Below are positions 19,232 through 29,111 of a stretch of DNA of 64,000 nt, piece after piece. The DNA comes from a virus (Duplodnaviria > Caudoviricetes), in the IMG/VR virus record IMGVR_UViG_2767802080_000001, positions 1 to 64,000 of that record; one strand, given 5' to 3'. Below the pieces are notes generated by a model that had not been told where the DNA came from, ran no database searches, and worked only from the letters and a program-made list of their open reading frames with translations. How positions within the stretch are numbered: position 1 is the stretch's first letter; every line of letters begins with the position of its first letter. The position numbers and the translations under genes are program-made.

Positions 19232-19782
19232 CCAACCCCACCCACGCCTGCCCGCCACTGGGCAGCGAGCGCACAGGGTGCTGCGACAGCCACCTGATCC
19301 GCCTGCCCGCCAGCCACAGCGTCACGTCCGACCCATCCCAAGTCACCTGCGGCGGCCAGCAGGAACCCCCCGACGCCGAGGCGCGCCTCATGCGCACGCT
19401 GCGCGCCGTACGCCGCCAGTGCCAGGAATGGGCGCGCCCCAGCGGCGCCCGCACCGGCGACAGCCACCTCCGTGACCGCCCCCTGAACCTCGCCGCGTCC
19501 GTGCTCCTGGAGCTCATCGACCACATGGCGCCCGGCGTCAGCGACGACGACCAGGAGCAGCGCGACCTGACCCCCACCCTCCACGACCGCGTCGCCACGG
19601 TCCTGGTCACCACCGTTCGCGACGGCGTCCCCACCATCCCCGGCCTGCGCTTTCCCCACGGTGAGGGCGGCCACGTCTTCGACGACGACTGCGCCATGTG
19701 CATCGGCGACATCGACTCCCTCGCCACCGCCATCATCCGCGCCGTCACGCTCGCCGCCCCGCCGCAGGAGGCTCGCCGGTGA
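19228..19782 (+). CDS. Hypothetical protein
   Basis: Coupled ORF with GC3 bias. Confidence 0.6.
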   Translation: MTNPTHACPPLGSERTGCCDSHLIRLPASHSVTSDPSQVTCGGQQEPPDAEARLMRTLRAVRRQCQEWARPSGARTGDSHLRDRPLNLAASVLLELIDHMAPGVSDDDQEQRDLTPTLHDRVATVLVTTVRDGVPTIPGLRFPHGEGGHVFDDDCAMCIGDIDSLATAIIRAVTLAAPPQEARR

Positions 19783-20114
19783 ACGCTGACCAGCTGGCAC
19801 TCGCGGCCGCCGTGGCGCTGCCCGCCGGGGCCGCCGGTGGCGCACTCGCCGTGCACGGCGTACGCCTGGGCCACCGCCTCACCGACTGGGCCGACGAGCA
19901 GGCCGCCCGCCCCGCCTTCACCGCGGCCACCATCCCGGCCGCCCTCGTCCTGACCTTCGCCCTCACAGCCCTGTGGGTCGTCCACCCGGTCCGCACCCGC
20001 AACCGGCTCCGCGCCGCCCGCTCCCCACAGCAGCCACACCCGGCCCCGGACTACGACCCCCACCGGGAGCGCCACCGCTGCGGCGCCCCACGAGAAGGAG
20101 GAACCCCGAAGTGA
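19779..20114 (+). CDS. Membrane protein
   Basis: Two hydrophobic segments; GTGA coupling. Confidence 0.6.
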   Translation: MNADQLALAAAVALPAGAAGGALAVHGVRLGHRLTDWADEQAARPAFTAATIPAALVLTFALTALWVVHPVRTRNRLRAARSPQQPHPAPDYDPHRERHRCGAPREGGTPK

Positions 20115-20602
20115 CCCACACCAGCACGGAACCCGTCACAGGGCCGCCCGCCGACGACCGCGGCATCCTTCCGCCGTACTCCGGCGAGCACGTCGACTGC
20201 ATCAAGTGCAGCAACTCCGGGGCGTTCACCTTCTACCGGGCCTCGACCCGGGCACTCATCGACGACTGGAACGGCATCCAGGTGCGCCGCGGCCCGCTCC
20301 CTGAGCGGCTGGAGCGGCACTGCATGTGCTGCGGGTTCCAGTGGGACGAGGCCTTGGTCACCGGCAAGCCCGGCATGACCCCCGGCGCGCTCGCCCACGC
20401 CCTCGACAACTGCACCCCCTACCCCGTCGACCTCGACCACGAGGTCCTCGACCGCATGGCCACCCGCCTCCTGACCATGGTCGCCGTCACCGCCCGCCCA
20501 GATCACCCGCTGTGGCAGTACGACGCCGGAAAGCCCACCGCCCCCGTACGCCCGCAGCCCGCCCATGAAGCGTCCAACACCACGGAGGACAACCCGCGAT
20601 GA
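20111..20602 (+). CDS. Zn-ribbon hypothetical protein
   Basis: CIKC...CMCCG. Confidence 0.7.
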   Translation: MTHTSTEPVTGPPADDRGILPPYSGEHVDCIKCSNSGAFTFYRASTRALIDDWNGIQVRRGPLPERLERHCMCCGFQWDEALVTGKPGMTPGALAHALDNCTPYPVDLDHEVLDRMATRLLTMVAVTARPDHPLWQYDAGKPTAPVRPQPAHEASNTTEDNPR

Positions 20603-20862
20603 CCATCACCACCGAGCTGATCGACGAGCTGCGACACGAGATCAAGCGCTTCCGGATCACCCCCGAACGCCTCGCCGAACTCGATTGCAACGGCCCGGAC
20701 AACGAGCTGACGATCACCTGGCAGGTGTCCACCGGGCGCCCGCCCACCGTCCTCGTCACCACCCCCGCAGACCCCGACTCCTGGGCCCTCCCCGTCCCGC
20801 ACCGGCCGCCCTGGCTCCTCGACCTCATCACCCAGCACGCGCCCTCCTGGTGGCTGAAGTGA
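20599..20862 (+). CDS. Hypothetical protein
   Basis: Coupled ORF with RBS. Confidence 0.65.
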   Translation: MTITTELIDELRHEIKRFRITPERLAELDCNGPDNELTITWQVSTGRPPTVLVTTPADPDSWALPVPHRPPWLLDLITQHAPSWWLK

Positions 20863-21155
20863 CCGACCGCGAAACCCTCCAGCTGCGCTGCGGTGAACGC
20901 GTCACTGTCACCCGCGCAGCCGCCGATGCGAGAGACGGGCTGACCGTGCAGCAGGCGGACGCCCTCTGGGACGCCGTCGCGGTGCCCGGCCCGCGGACGC
21001 CGACGTACCCCGAACAGTACGAGCGGGTATGCCGGGCCGTCGCGGCGATCCTCGCCGAGCAAGCCATCCGGACAGACCTGGAATCCGACTGCCCGGACAG
21101 CCCGTCCGGACATCCGGACACTCCACCCGCGGACACACCGTCACAGCCACGGTGA
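20859..21155 (+). CDS. Hypothetical protein
   Basis: GTGA coupling; 3' end contains CCGGACA repeats. Confidence 0.5.
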   Translation: MTDRETLQLRCGERVTVTRAAADARDGLTVQQADALWDAVAVPGPRTPTYPEQYERVCRAVAAILAEQAIRTDLESDCPDSPSGHPDTPPADTPSQPR

Positions 21156-21243
21156 CCGGCCAGGACACTGTCCGGACCTCCGGGAGGCCGGAGCATCCGG
21201 ACAGCACCATGAACCAGCACCGTCTCAAGGAAGCAGGCCACAG

Positions 21244-21543
21244 ATGAGCGGCGGCTCGTACGACTACCTGTGCCGGGCCCTGGACTTCACTGATCTCGTC
21301 AACCAGATGCCCAACATCGAAAGGATGTCCAAGACTCTCGCGCACCTGGGCTACGCCGCAGACGCCGCGCGCGAGACCGAGGAACTCCTCCTCATCCTGC
21401 GGCAGTCCGAGGTCCGGGCCACTGTCCGGCTGGAACGACTGCGCAACGTCTGGCAGGCCGTGGAGTGGTGGCACTCCGCCGACTGGAGCCAGGACCAAGT
21501 CAAGCAGGCGCTCGACGAGTACCGGGGGAGTACCGGGGGCTAG
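21244..21543 (+). CDS. Hypothetical phage protein (MSGGSYDYL)
   Basis: MSGGSYDYL...AVEWW.S.D motif. Confidence 0.75.
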   Translation: MSGGSYDYLCRALDFTDLVNQMPNIERMSKTLAHLGYAADAARETEELLLILRQSEVRATVRLERLRNVWQAVEWWHSADWSQDQVKQALDEYRGSTGG

Positions 21544-21564
21544 GACAGCCAGGAAGGACCAGAG

Positions 21565-21924
21565 ATGACCTCCCGCGACCAGAGGCGCGCCCACGCCGCC
21601 CTGCTCCTCGTCAGCCGCCTCATCAGCCGCCACAACCTGACCCACGCCGAGGCCTGCCGAGCCGTCGTCCACCGTCAACGAAACGAGACAGGCCCCCACA
21701 CCCACCTCGTCGACGCCGAGGCCCTGGCACTGGCCGAAGAAGCGATGGCGCCCCTCCGCGCCATGATCCAGGCAGCCCAGCCGCACCTCAGGGCCCTCAC
21801 CACTGCGGTGGTCGACCTCGTCCGCGCCTTCGAGCAGCTCAACCAGCAGAAGGCCCATGCCAGCCGCCAAGGGCGCCCGGCATGGGAGTCGCCGTACGGG
21901 CCACCACCACGACGGACCCGGTGA
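21565..21924 (+). CDS. Hypothetical protein
   Basis: RBS AGGAAGGA; ends RPAWESPYGPP. Confidence 0.7.
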   Translation: MTSRDQRRAHAALLLVSRLISRHNLTHAEACRAVVHRQRNETGPHTHLVDAEALALAEEAMAPLRAMIQAAQPHLRALTTAVVDLVRAFEQLNQQKAHASRQGRPAWESPYGPPPRRTR

Positions 21925-22148
21925 GCAGCGAGCAGTTCATACCGGGCAACCACGACGTGCGGTCGGGGGCTCCCCGGCCGCACGTCGTTCCATGCAGTCG
22001 ACCGCACCAGGGGCATGCCGGCACCGCCGTCACCATCGCGGGCACCCGCCCGGACACGCTCCGTGTCTGGACATGAGCGTGCGGTACGATCGCCGCGCAC
22101 CTTCGGGATATCGGCCGACGACTGAGCGCCGTCGGTAACCTCATGCGT

Positions 22149-22181
22149 GAGCCCCGACCGTCCATCAACCGGTCGGGGCTC
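22149..22181. terminator. Hairpin between convergent transcription units
   Basis: GAGCCCCGACCG / CGGTCGGGGCTC perfect 12-bp stem. Confidence 0.6.
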
Positions 22182-22197
22182 GCGTGTGTCTCAGGGG

Positions 22198-22359
22198 TCA
22201 AGCGTCGAGCGCCCGGTGGATAGCCGCCGCTTGAGCTGCATCCCCGTGATCGGCGAACCACGCCCCGAGCTGCCTCATCCCCGCCTCGGAGAGCGCCACG
22301 ACTGGGCTGCCGCTGGAGTCCAGCACGAGATGGCTCTCGATGCCCAGGCGGTCGAGCAT
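22198..22359 (-). CDS. 53-aa hypothetical protein (not in the ORF track)
   Basis: MLDRLGIESHLVLDSSGSPVVALSEAGMRQLGAWF...; AGGAG upstream; followed by the hairpin. Confidence 0.45.
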   Translation of the reverse strand: MLDRLGIESHLVLDSSGSPVVALSEAGMRQLGAWFADHGDAAQAAAIHRALDA

Positions 22360-22433
22360 CGCGCTGAACTCCTGATGGCCCTGCGTTCCCCATCGGGGAC
22401 GTAGAGCCTCGACGTGCCCATGGGGTGCGCTCC

Positions 22434-22748
22434 TTAGCTGTCGTCTGTGCCGTCGCGAGGAGCCTCATGCGGCTCCCGCTTCCGCAGGAGGTCGGTCCGC
22501 TTTCCCTGCTCCACGACCCGAGTCCGGAAGAAGTCCAGGGCGGCCGACCAGTCCCATAGTCGCAGTCGCCCGCGCTCGTAGACCGGCGTAGGGAAGCCCG
22601 AGTCCGGATCGGCGGCCAGCTGGCGAATGCGTGGAGCACCAACGCTCTTGAGCCCGGCGGCCTCCAAGAGGCCGGGCATCTCCGGGATGCTGACCAACCT
22701 CGCCACCTCCTCCTGCTGTCGCGCTGTCCCCTGCGGGGGGTCGGCCAT
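22434..22748 (-). CDS. AlpA/excisionase-like DNA-binding protein
   Basis: RIRQLA..P...FP.P.......RLWDW...QGKRTDL. Confidence 0.7.
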   Translation of the reverse strand: MADPPQGTARQQEEVARLVSIPEMPGLLEAAGLKSVGAPRIRQLAADPDSGFPTPVYERGRLRLWDWSAALDFFRTRVVEQGKRTDLLRKREPHEAPRDGTDDS

Positions 22749-22813
22749 GACGACATCCTCTCCAACCTATTAGCGCGAACGCAAATAAGTTGCTACCTTT
22801 CCTATCAGCACAA

Positions 22814-22924
22814 AGCCCCGGCCCTCGTGGTCGCACACGGAGGTCGGGGCTGCTGAAAGCGGCGGTGCCCGGTGGTCGCACACCGGGCACCGCCCAACCC
22901 CGGCCGTGGTCGCACACGTCCGGG
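22814..22924 (+). repeat. Three tandem stem-loops with identical GTG-GTCGCA-CAC apex
   Basis: 22814-22851, 22861-22894 (14-bp perfect stem), 22899-22924. Confidence 0.8.
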
Positions 22925-22962
22925 AACCACGCCACAACCTGACTGGACAGGGAGTGACGCTT

Positions 22963-23400
22963 GTGAGCAAGCGTACTGATCTCCGCCCCGCTGAGTCCCG
23001 GGGCGTCACCGACGAACAGACGAACGCGGCGGGCTGGGTGCTCGCCTCGGTCGCGTACACGTACCGCACCGAGCGGCCCGAGGCCGAGGTGGACGAGCTC
23101 AGCCTGGTCACCGCGATCGGCGCACGAGCGTACGAGTACGCGGGGCGCAGCTACCACGGCGGCACTAGCAGGATCGCCCGCCTCGCCCACGACGCGGCGC
23201 CCGCGGTCTACACGGGCGTCACGCGGGGCGTGTTCGCCGGGGAGCTGGGGGAGGCCGCCCGTCGCTTCGGCTTCGAGTGGGACGACGCGAACGAGCCCGC
23301 CATCCCGAAGCTGCCCGTCCCCGGCCCTCGCCGTACGGGCGAGTCGGGCCGCGTCCCGGCGCCGCGCCCGGAGAAGCGTGCGGGGGTGCCCCGCTCATGA
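22963..23400 (+). CDS. Hypothetical protein
   Basis: First gene after the hairpin leader; RBS present. Confidence 0.65.
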   Translation: MSKRTDLRPAESRGVTDEQTNAAGWVLASVAYTYRTERPEAEVDELSLVTAIGARAYEYAGRSYHGGTSRIARLAHDAAPAVYTGVTRGVFAGELGEAARRFGFEWDDANEPAIPKLPVPGPRRTGESGRVPAPRPEKRAGVPRS

Positions 23401-23690
23401 GTTACACGGAGTACGCCACCGCGCTGGACACCGCCGCTGACTCCATGGAGGCCGACGTCCGGCTCACGCCAGATACCGCGCTGCGCCTGGCCGTCTTCGG
23501 CAGCTCGGACGAGAGCCTTCCCGCCCCAGGGCAGCCGGGAGCGCGCGCGTACGTGGAGTGCGTGGCCGCGGTCGAGTGCCGCTTCGGCCTCCAGGGCCGG
23601 GGCATCGCGGACCTCAGCCGCCTCCCCGCGATCGCCGCGTTCCGCGCTGAGGCCGCCCGCTTCCGCTCCTACACCAAGGGGTGCGGCTGA
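23397..23690 (+). CDS. Hypothetical protein
   Basis: ATGA coupling. Confidence 0.65.
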   Translation: MSYTEYATALDTAADSMEADVRLTPDTALRLAVFGSSDESLPAPGQPGARAYVECVAAVECRFGLQGRGIADLSRLPAIAAFRAEAARFRSYTKGCG

Positions 23691-23881
23691 TGGGCTTCCG
23701 TGACTTCGCCCGCTCCCTGCGGGGCGGCGACGACCACGCCCTCGCCCGGCAGATGAGCGACAAGAAGAAGGCGGACGACGAGAAGGCCGCGCAGAAGCGG
23801 CGCGCCTCGCACCGCGCCCGCGTCGTCCGCGACGGCGACGCCGCCGGACAGCCCTTCCCCCGCCACCTCTTCAAGGACTGA
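23690..23881 (+). CDS. Small basic protein
   Basis: TGATG coupling; followed by a hairpin. Confidence 0.6.
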   Translation: MGFRDFARSLRGGDDHALARQMSDKKKADDEKAAQKRRASHRARVVRDGDAAGQPFPRHLFKD

Positions 23882-23959
23882 ATCCGTCAGGCCGGGCTCC
23901 CTCCCCGGGGGCCCGGCCGCTCACCTGTACCTCAAGGACCAGCTCGAAGGGCGTTCCCG

Positions 23960-25126
23960 ATGGCTGAGGACCAGCAGCCCCGCATCCCCGGAGTGAAGTA
24001 CCGCAAGGCCCGCCGTGAGCGGGACGAGACGACCGTCATCAACGGCATCCCGTCCACGCGGAAGGTGCCGTACGACGCCTGGGAGCGCGTACCGCCGCGT
24101 GACTGGGACGAGGTGATCCTCCGGGGCGTCGTCACCGTCACCATCGGCATCACCGTCCTCGCGATCTGCGCCACGACCGGCAGCATCGGCGGCCTGCTCT
24201 CCCGGATCATCCCTGCCGGACTGGCCTACACCGTCGGCGTGGTTTTCAGCCTGACTTGGCTGAGCTGCATGGGCGTGGAGTGGTTGCAGCGTACGAACAC
24301 GCGGGCGGCCCGGGTGCCGCAGGTCGCCAGCTGGATCGCGCTCGGCATCGGCATGGCGGCCGTCGGCACCTACGGCTACGTGCTGGACCAGCGGGCGGCC
24401 GGGGCAGTCGGCGCCTGTGTCGATCTGCTGTCGAAGGGCCTGATCACCCTCGTCATGAGCCTGTACCGCGTCGAGCTCGACGAGGGGGTTGAGCAGTGGG
24501 TCGCGGACCGGGAGCAGGAGGTCACGGCGCGCGCCCGCCTCGCCACCCGCCTGCGTCGGCTGAACTCCCAGGCCGCGTACACGCGCGCCGTCGGCGGTGT
24601 GGAGTACGACGCCGCGGACGCGATGCTGGCCATGGTGCAGCAACAGCAGGTGACCGCGCCGGACCCCGGCCCGGATGGGCCGTCCGGACAGCATCCGGCA
24701 GCGTCCGCGCCTGCTGCCGGCAGCGCCCCGGTGGCCCCTGCCCCGGCGCCCGCTCCGGCCGCCGCCGCTCCGCAGCACGCCCCCTCCATGGCCGTGCAGC
24801 CGCCCACCCCGGCCGCGCCGCCGTCCGGGCAGCCGTCCGCACCGGCCGTCCCTCCCGTCCCCGCCCCGACCGGCGGCACGGGCGAGCAGCAGGGCGGCAC
24901 ACCGCCGGTCACACCGATCGGGGAGGGCATCGCCGGGACCGTCCGCCGCTACCTCGCCGAGCACCCGGAGACCTTCGGCAAAGAGCCGCTGACCCCCGAG
25001 CAGCTGCTGGACATGACCGACGCCGTGCGCCAAGCCAACGGCGACCGGCCCACGCTGACCGACACGGTGCGCCGCACCCGTGACCGAGAGGTCGACAGGC
25101 AGCTCAAGGCGCGGAGGTCGGCATGA
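23960..25126 (+). CDS. Spd-like multi-TM protein with coiled coil, Pro-rich linker and C-terminal helical domain
   Basis: About four TM helices, then charged helix, PAPA linker and small C-terminal domain; layout resembles actinomycete plasmid spread proteins. Confidence 0.65.
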   Translation: MAEDQQPRIPGVKYRKARRERDETTVINGIPSTRKVPYDAWERVPPRDWDEVILRGVVTVTIGITVLAICATTGSIGGLLSRIIPAGLAYTVGVVFSLTWLSCMGVEWLQRTNTRAARVPQVASWIALGIGMAAVGTYGYVLDQRAAGAVGACVDLLSKGLITLVMSLYRVELDEGVEQWVADREQEVTARARLATRLRRLNSQAAYTRAVGGVEYDAADAMLAMVQQQQVTAPDPGPDGPSGQHPAASAPAAGSAPVAPAPAPAPAAAAPQHAPSMAVQPPTPAAPPSGQPSAPAVPPVPAPTGGTGEQQGGTPPVTPIGEGIAGTVRRYLAEHPETFGKEPLTPEQLLDMTDAVRQANGDRPTLTDTVRRTRDREVDRQLKARRSA

Positions 25127-25893
25127 CAGCCGTTGCGGCACTCGCCGCCGTCGCCGCTCTCGCCGTGCTCGGCTGGACTCTCCAGATCGGGCCCCTCGCC
25201 GTGGTCATCATGTTCGGCCTGGCAGCAGCCGTCCTGTACGCCCCCGTCCCCACGCGCCCCCGGCGCCGGGGACGGGGGCGGTGCGCGGGCAGCCCGGGCG
25301 CCGCCCCGGCCGCGCGCGCCCGCCGCCTCCGCACACCCGCCGTCCGCCTGGCGTCCGCGCTTGGGATCCGCACCCGGCGCGGCCGCCAGGCCGACAACTG
25401 CGCGGCGGGCGCGGCGGGGGAGCGGTACGTCGCCGCGCTCCTCACCGAGCTCGAGGGGGAAGGCTGGAACTTCCTCTACAGCCGCGCCCTGCCGACCGGC
25501 CGCGCGGACGTCGACGTCTTCGCCCTCTCACCACGCGGCTGCGCGTACGTCCTGGACGCCAAGCAGTGGAGCGCCCGCTACCGGCTCCAGATCGTCAACG
25601 GCCGCCTGTGGCACGGCGACCGCGACGTCACCCACCGGCTCGACGGCCTGCACCACGAGACCCGCACCGTCGCCCGCCTCCTGGGCGTCGACGTCATCCC
25701 CGTCGCCGTCATGGTCGGCCCCCTCACTCCCGGTTTCCAGCTGGTTCTCGACGGCATCCGCATCGTCCCCGCCGACGACATCTGCGCCGTCCTCCGCCAT
25801 CTCGACGCCCACCGGGTGCCGCACCCGCGCCGCCCCAACATCCACACCGTGGCGCACCTGCTGCCGCCCTACCAGGAAGGCCACCGACGGTGA
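25123..25893 (+). CDS. Membrane-anchored NERD-domain nuclease-like protein
   Basis: GAAGERYVA, ADVDVF, VLDAKQW; N-terminal TM pair. Confidence 0.85.
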   Translation: MTAVAALAAVAALAVLGWTLQIGPLAVVIMFGLAAAVLYAPVPTRPRRRGRGRCAGSPGAAPAARARRLRTPAVRLASALGIRTRRGRQADNCAAGAAGERYVAALLTELEGEGWNFLYSRALPTGRADVDVFALSPRGCAYVLDAKQWSARYRLQIVNGRLWHGDRDVTHRLDGLHHETRTVARLLGVDVIPVAVMVGPLTPGFQLVLDGIRIVPADDICAVLRHLDAHRVPHPRRPNIHTVAHLLPPYQEGHRR

Positions 25894-26699
25894 CCCCCGG
25901 CCCGCACGAGCGCCTGATCCGCCGCTACCTCAACGCGATGGATGCCCGCCCCGTTGGCCACAGCGCCCCCCAGCCGGAGGGTGCCCCGGACCCCGAGCCG
26001 CCCGCGGCGCCACCCGCCACAGGCCCCGCTCCCGGCCCGGCGACGACGGACCGGATTCCTCCCTGGTGGGCGCCCAAGCCGCCCCTCAGCGCGGAGCCGC
26101 CGGGGGAGCAGCACGAGGAGGTGGCCAAGGAGGGCGCCCCCGCGTGCAGCCACCCGGAGCCGCACCCGGTCCGCGCCCGCCCCACGGGGGAGCTCGTCGC
26201 CTACTGGTGCAGCGACTGCGAAACCCAGCTCGAAGTCCCCGACGGCTACACCGACGACGAGGACCAGGGCGACGAGACGGCCGACGGCCGGGTTCCCGCC
26301 CTCCTCCGCCGTCACTGGACCCTCCGAGGCTCCGGCAAGACCTACCGCCGCCCCTCCTACCGCAAGCCCAGGCCCGCCCCCCGGCAGTCGCTGATCGACT
26401 GGTGGCAGGGCCTGGACCGGCGCACCTGCTGGTTCCTCTACAACGGCACCGCGATCACCGCCGGGTTCGCCCTCGGCGTCCCGCAGTGGTTCACCGCCGA
26501 GACCGCGTACCTCGCTGCAACCAGCGACTCGTGGACCGATCCGGGCGCCTTCGCGGGCTACGTCATCACCCTCGGCGTCTGGATGTGGGACTACCGGACC
26601 CGCGGCTGGATCCCGCCCTTCGCCCTGCCCGCCCGCATCCCCCTCGCCTCCCTCCTCGTCGGTGTCCCCCTGTACGGCACCGACGTCATCCCGGCCTGA
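25890..26699 (+). CDS. Membrane protein with Zn motif
   Basis: CSH...WCSDC; C-terminal TM helices. Confidence 0.65.
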   Translation: MTPGPHERLIRRYLNAMDARPVGHSAPQPEGAPDPEPPAAPPATGPAPGPATTDRIPPWWAPKPPLSAEPPGEQHEEVAKEGAPACSHPEPHPVRARPTGELVAYWCSDCETQLEVPDGYTDDEDQGDETADGRVPALLRRHWTLRGSGKTYRRPSYRKPRPAPRQSLIDWWQGLDRRTCWFLYNGTAITAGFALGVPQWFTAETAYLAATSDSWTDPGAFAGYVITLGVWMWDYRTRGWIPPFALPARIPLASLLVGVPLYGTDVIPA

Positions 26700-26716
26700 T
26701 CCCGAAAGGACCAGTT

Positions 26717-27127
26717 GTGAGTCTCATCGGCACCGTCGGCCCCTTCGGGCTCGCCGCCATCCTCTCCGCCATCCTCTTCTTCGGCACGGCAGACGGAGGG
26801 GGGCACATCAAGTCGCTCTCCTGGGGATGGTGCCTCTTGCTGTCCCTGGTGGCGGGCGCCTCCTTCGCCGTCGCCGACTGGCCGTTCTCCATCGTCAATG
26901 CCGTGGTTCACGACATCGTCGGCCTGATCACCGCAGCGTTCCCGAAGCTGACGCTCGCCGCCCTCGGCGTCATCATGATCGTGATGGCTCTGTGGAAGAA
27001 GATGACCCTGCGGGGCGTCTCCATGATGGGCATCACCTACTGGTATGTGGCCTCCCACGCGGGCGGCGGCCAGGGCGTGCTCGCCGACAGGATTGCCGAC
27101 ATCGCTGAGCGGATCGCCAGCTCATGA
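26717..27127 (+). CDS. Multi-TM membrane protein
   Basis: Strongly hydrophobic; RBS GAAAGGA. Confidence 0.75.
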   Translation: MSLIGTVGPFGLAAILSAILFFGTADGGGHIKSLSWGWCLLLSLVAGASFAVADWPFSIVNAVVHDIVGLITAAFPKLTLAALGVIMIVMALWKKMTLRGVSMMGITYWYVASHAGGGQGVLADRIADIAERIASS

Positions 27128-28191
27128 CCGAGCCCGGCGCGGCCGGTGACGAGCAGCCGACTGCGGGTGAGCCGCCGGCATGCGCCCCGCAGGGCGACGC
27201 CGAGCACGACGAGGACCAGGCGTACGACGGCGGCGAGGCAGGGGAGGAGCCTCGCCGCCGCGCGTTCGCCATGCCCGACCTGCGCCCCTACGCCGACCCG
27301 CGCCCCCTCGCCGAACTGGGGCCTCTCGCCGTCGAGGCCTGCCAGAGTCCGTCCATCCGCATCTTCCTGCGCGTCTGTGGCCTCGGCGTGTACCGGCTTC
27401 TGGCGGTCATCTTCGGATGGGTCTTCGGCCGCATCGGCAAACGCGGCAGCGTCGGAGCCCGCCTTGCCGCCACCGGGTTCATCGCCTACGCCCTGGCCCG
27501 AGCGCCCCTCTCCCACCCCGTGGCCGTCCCTGCGGTGTGCGCCGCCGTGGCCCTGGCCGTCGTCCTGGCGGGCACTGGCCGCCTCCCCCTCCCCACCATC
27601 GCCCCCGGCCCCAAGGGGGGTGTGAGCAAGGTCAAGTCGAAGCGTTCCATCACCGTGAGGTTCGGCGGCAGCCTCTGGCGCCGCACGACCGCCCCCGAAG
27701 CGCCCTCCGCCGACACCCCGCCGCAGGCCCCCGGCACGCCCCCCGCAGACCAGGCTGCGGACGTCGACAAGGCCCCCGTCCCCGACCCCTCTCCAGAGGC
27801 CGTGATCCGCGCCCTGCACCGGCTCGTGGGAGAGGGCCGGGGAGTGCTCCACACCACCCTGCGCGACCACCTCGCCCTACCCGACACCCGGGCCCTGAAG
27901 AGGGTGCTGGAACGGGATCAGATCCCCTCCCGCCCAGGGGTGCGCGCGGCGGCCGGGAACGGGCCCGGCGTACACCGCGACGACTTCCCGCCCCTCCCCC
28001 CTCTCCAGGAGCCACCCCAGGGAACCGGTGTTGTTGCAGGCCAGCAGCCAACGCCAACGCCAACAACGCCGCCAACGGAGCAGGGAGAGGGGGCGGTGCC
28101 GTGGACCGAGGAAGAGCGGAGGATGGGGCGCCGACTCGTCCGCGCCCCCCACGAAGGGCCTGCCGCGTGGAAGGTCGAACGTCTTTCCTGA
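27124..28191 (+). CDS. Spd-like membrane protein with C-terminal soluble domain
   Basis: TM pair then GRGVLHTTLR...RPGVR..GNGPGVHRDD domain. Confidence 0.6.
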   Translation: MTEPGAAGDEQPTAGEPPACAPQGDAEHDEDQAYDGGEAGEEPRRRAFAMPDLRPYADPRPLAELGPLAVEACQSPSIRIFLRVCGLGVYRLLAVIFGWVFGRIGKRGSVGARLAATGFIAYALARAPLSHPVAVPAVCAAVALAVVLAGTGRLPLPTIAPGPKGGVSKVKSKRSITVRFGGSLWRRTTAPEAPSADTPPQAPGTPPADQAADVDKAPVPDPSPEAVIRALHRLVGEGRGVLHTTLRDHLALPDTRALKRVLERDQIPSRPGVRAAAGNGPGVHRDDFPPLPPLQEPPQGTGVVAGQQPTPTPTTPPTEQGEGAVPWTEEERRMGRRLVRAPHEGPAAWKVERLS

Positions 28192-28285
28192 ACGAGCAGC
28201 CCGCGACGGGTCGTGACGAGGCAGGTACAGAGAGGCGCCATATCGAGCATCATGGAGCCGGTCTGAAATAAGGGAGGGGTCGGGT

Positions 28286-28528
28286 ATGAGCTACCGCTAC
28301 CGGTGCGACCAGTGCCGCACCACGTCGCCCCCCGTGCTCACCCGCGGAGCGCTCGCCGACGAGCGCAGAGTCCACCGCCGCCAGTTCCACGGCGGACACA
28401 TCCCCGACGGCGAGCGCGTCATCGAGCCGGAGCCCTTCCGCTTCACCGACGTCCCCGTGGGGCAGCTGATCGTCGGCACCTTCATGATCGTCATCGTCCT
28501 GGCCGGAATCATGGCCCGCATCCTCTGA
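28286..28528 (+). CDS. Small Zn-finger membrane protein
   Basis: CDQC...HR..FH; C-terminal TM; RBS GGAGG. Confidence 0.7.
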   Translation: MSYRYRCDQCRTTSPPVLTRGALADERRVHRRQFHGGHIPDGERVIEPEPFRFTDVPVGQLIVGTFMIVIVLAGIMARIL

Positions 28529-28557
28529 CCGCCTGCCCAGCCCTCAAGGAGAGCACC

Positions 28558-28986
28558 ATGACGACGATGTGGCGGGGGCCCGACGGGCACCACTGGGAAG
28601 AGGCGGGCCAGGAATTCGACGCGGACGCGAGCGAATGGATCACCCACCTCGCGCCCGCAGCGCAGGACTCTGAGACCGGCCGCTGGGCCAGCACGGAATG
28701 CGGCGCGCCTATCCAGGTCCGTGGCGATCTCGGACGGGCCGGATACACCGAGGTGTCCGCTGACCCGCTCGCCGAGCCACGCGTCGCCCGTCTCCACGCC
28801 CTCCTGGCCGAACTCCTCGCCGACTATCACCAGCGCACCGGAGCACCGCACCCGAACGCCACTCAGCTGCGCCTCTCCTTCGAGGACGTGGCCGCCCTCC
28901 CCGAGCAGCTCCGGAACATCGGCCGCGCCACGGCCCGGCAGGCGGCCAGCTCTGGTTACAACCGCGGCGCCCGCGGTCGACGCTGA
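28558..28986 (+). CDS. Hypothetical protein
   Basis: RBS AAGGAG; GC3 bias. Confidence 0.65.
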   Translation: MTTMWRGPDGHHWEEAGQEFDADASEWITHLAPAAQDSETGRWASTECGAPIQVRGDLGRAGYTEVSADPLAEPRVARLHALLAELLADYHQRTGAPHPNATQLRLSFEDVAALPEQLRNIGRATARQAASSGYNRGARGRR

Positions 28987-29111
28987 ATACTGGCTCATGG
29001 GGAGCGTGAACGATCCCGGCGCTGCCCTGGCGGGCGAGGTGGTCGCCCGCCTCGATACGGCCGGGGATCTCGCCGCGGTGCGGGCGGCATGCCGGCGGTC
29101 CGAGCTCGCTA

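Noticed and set aside
22814-22924. Possible tRNA or mini-CRISPR
   Set aside because: No cloverleaf or T-loop consensus; the shared part is only 12 nt
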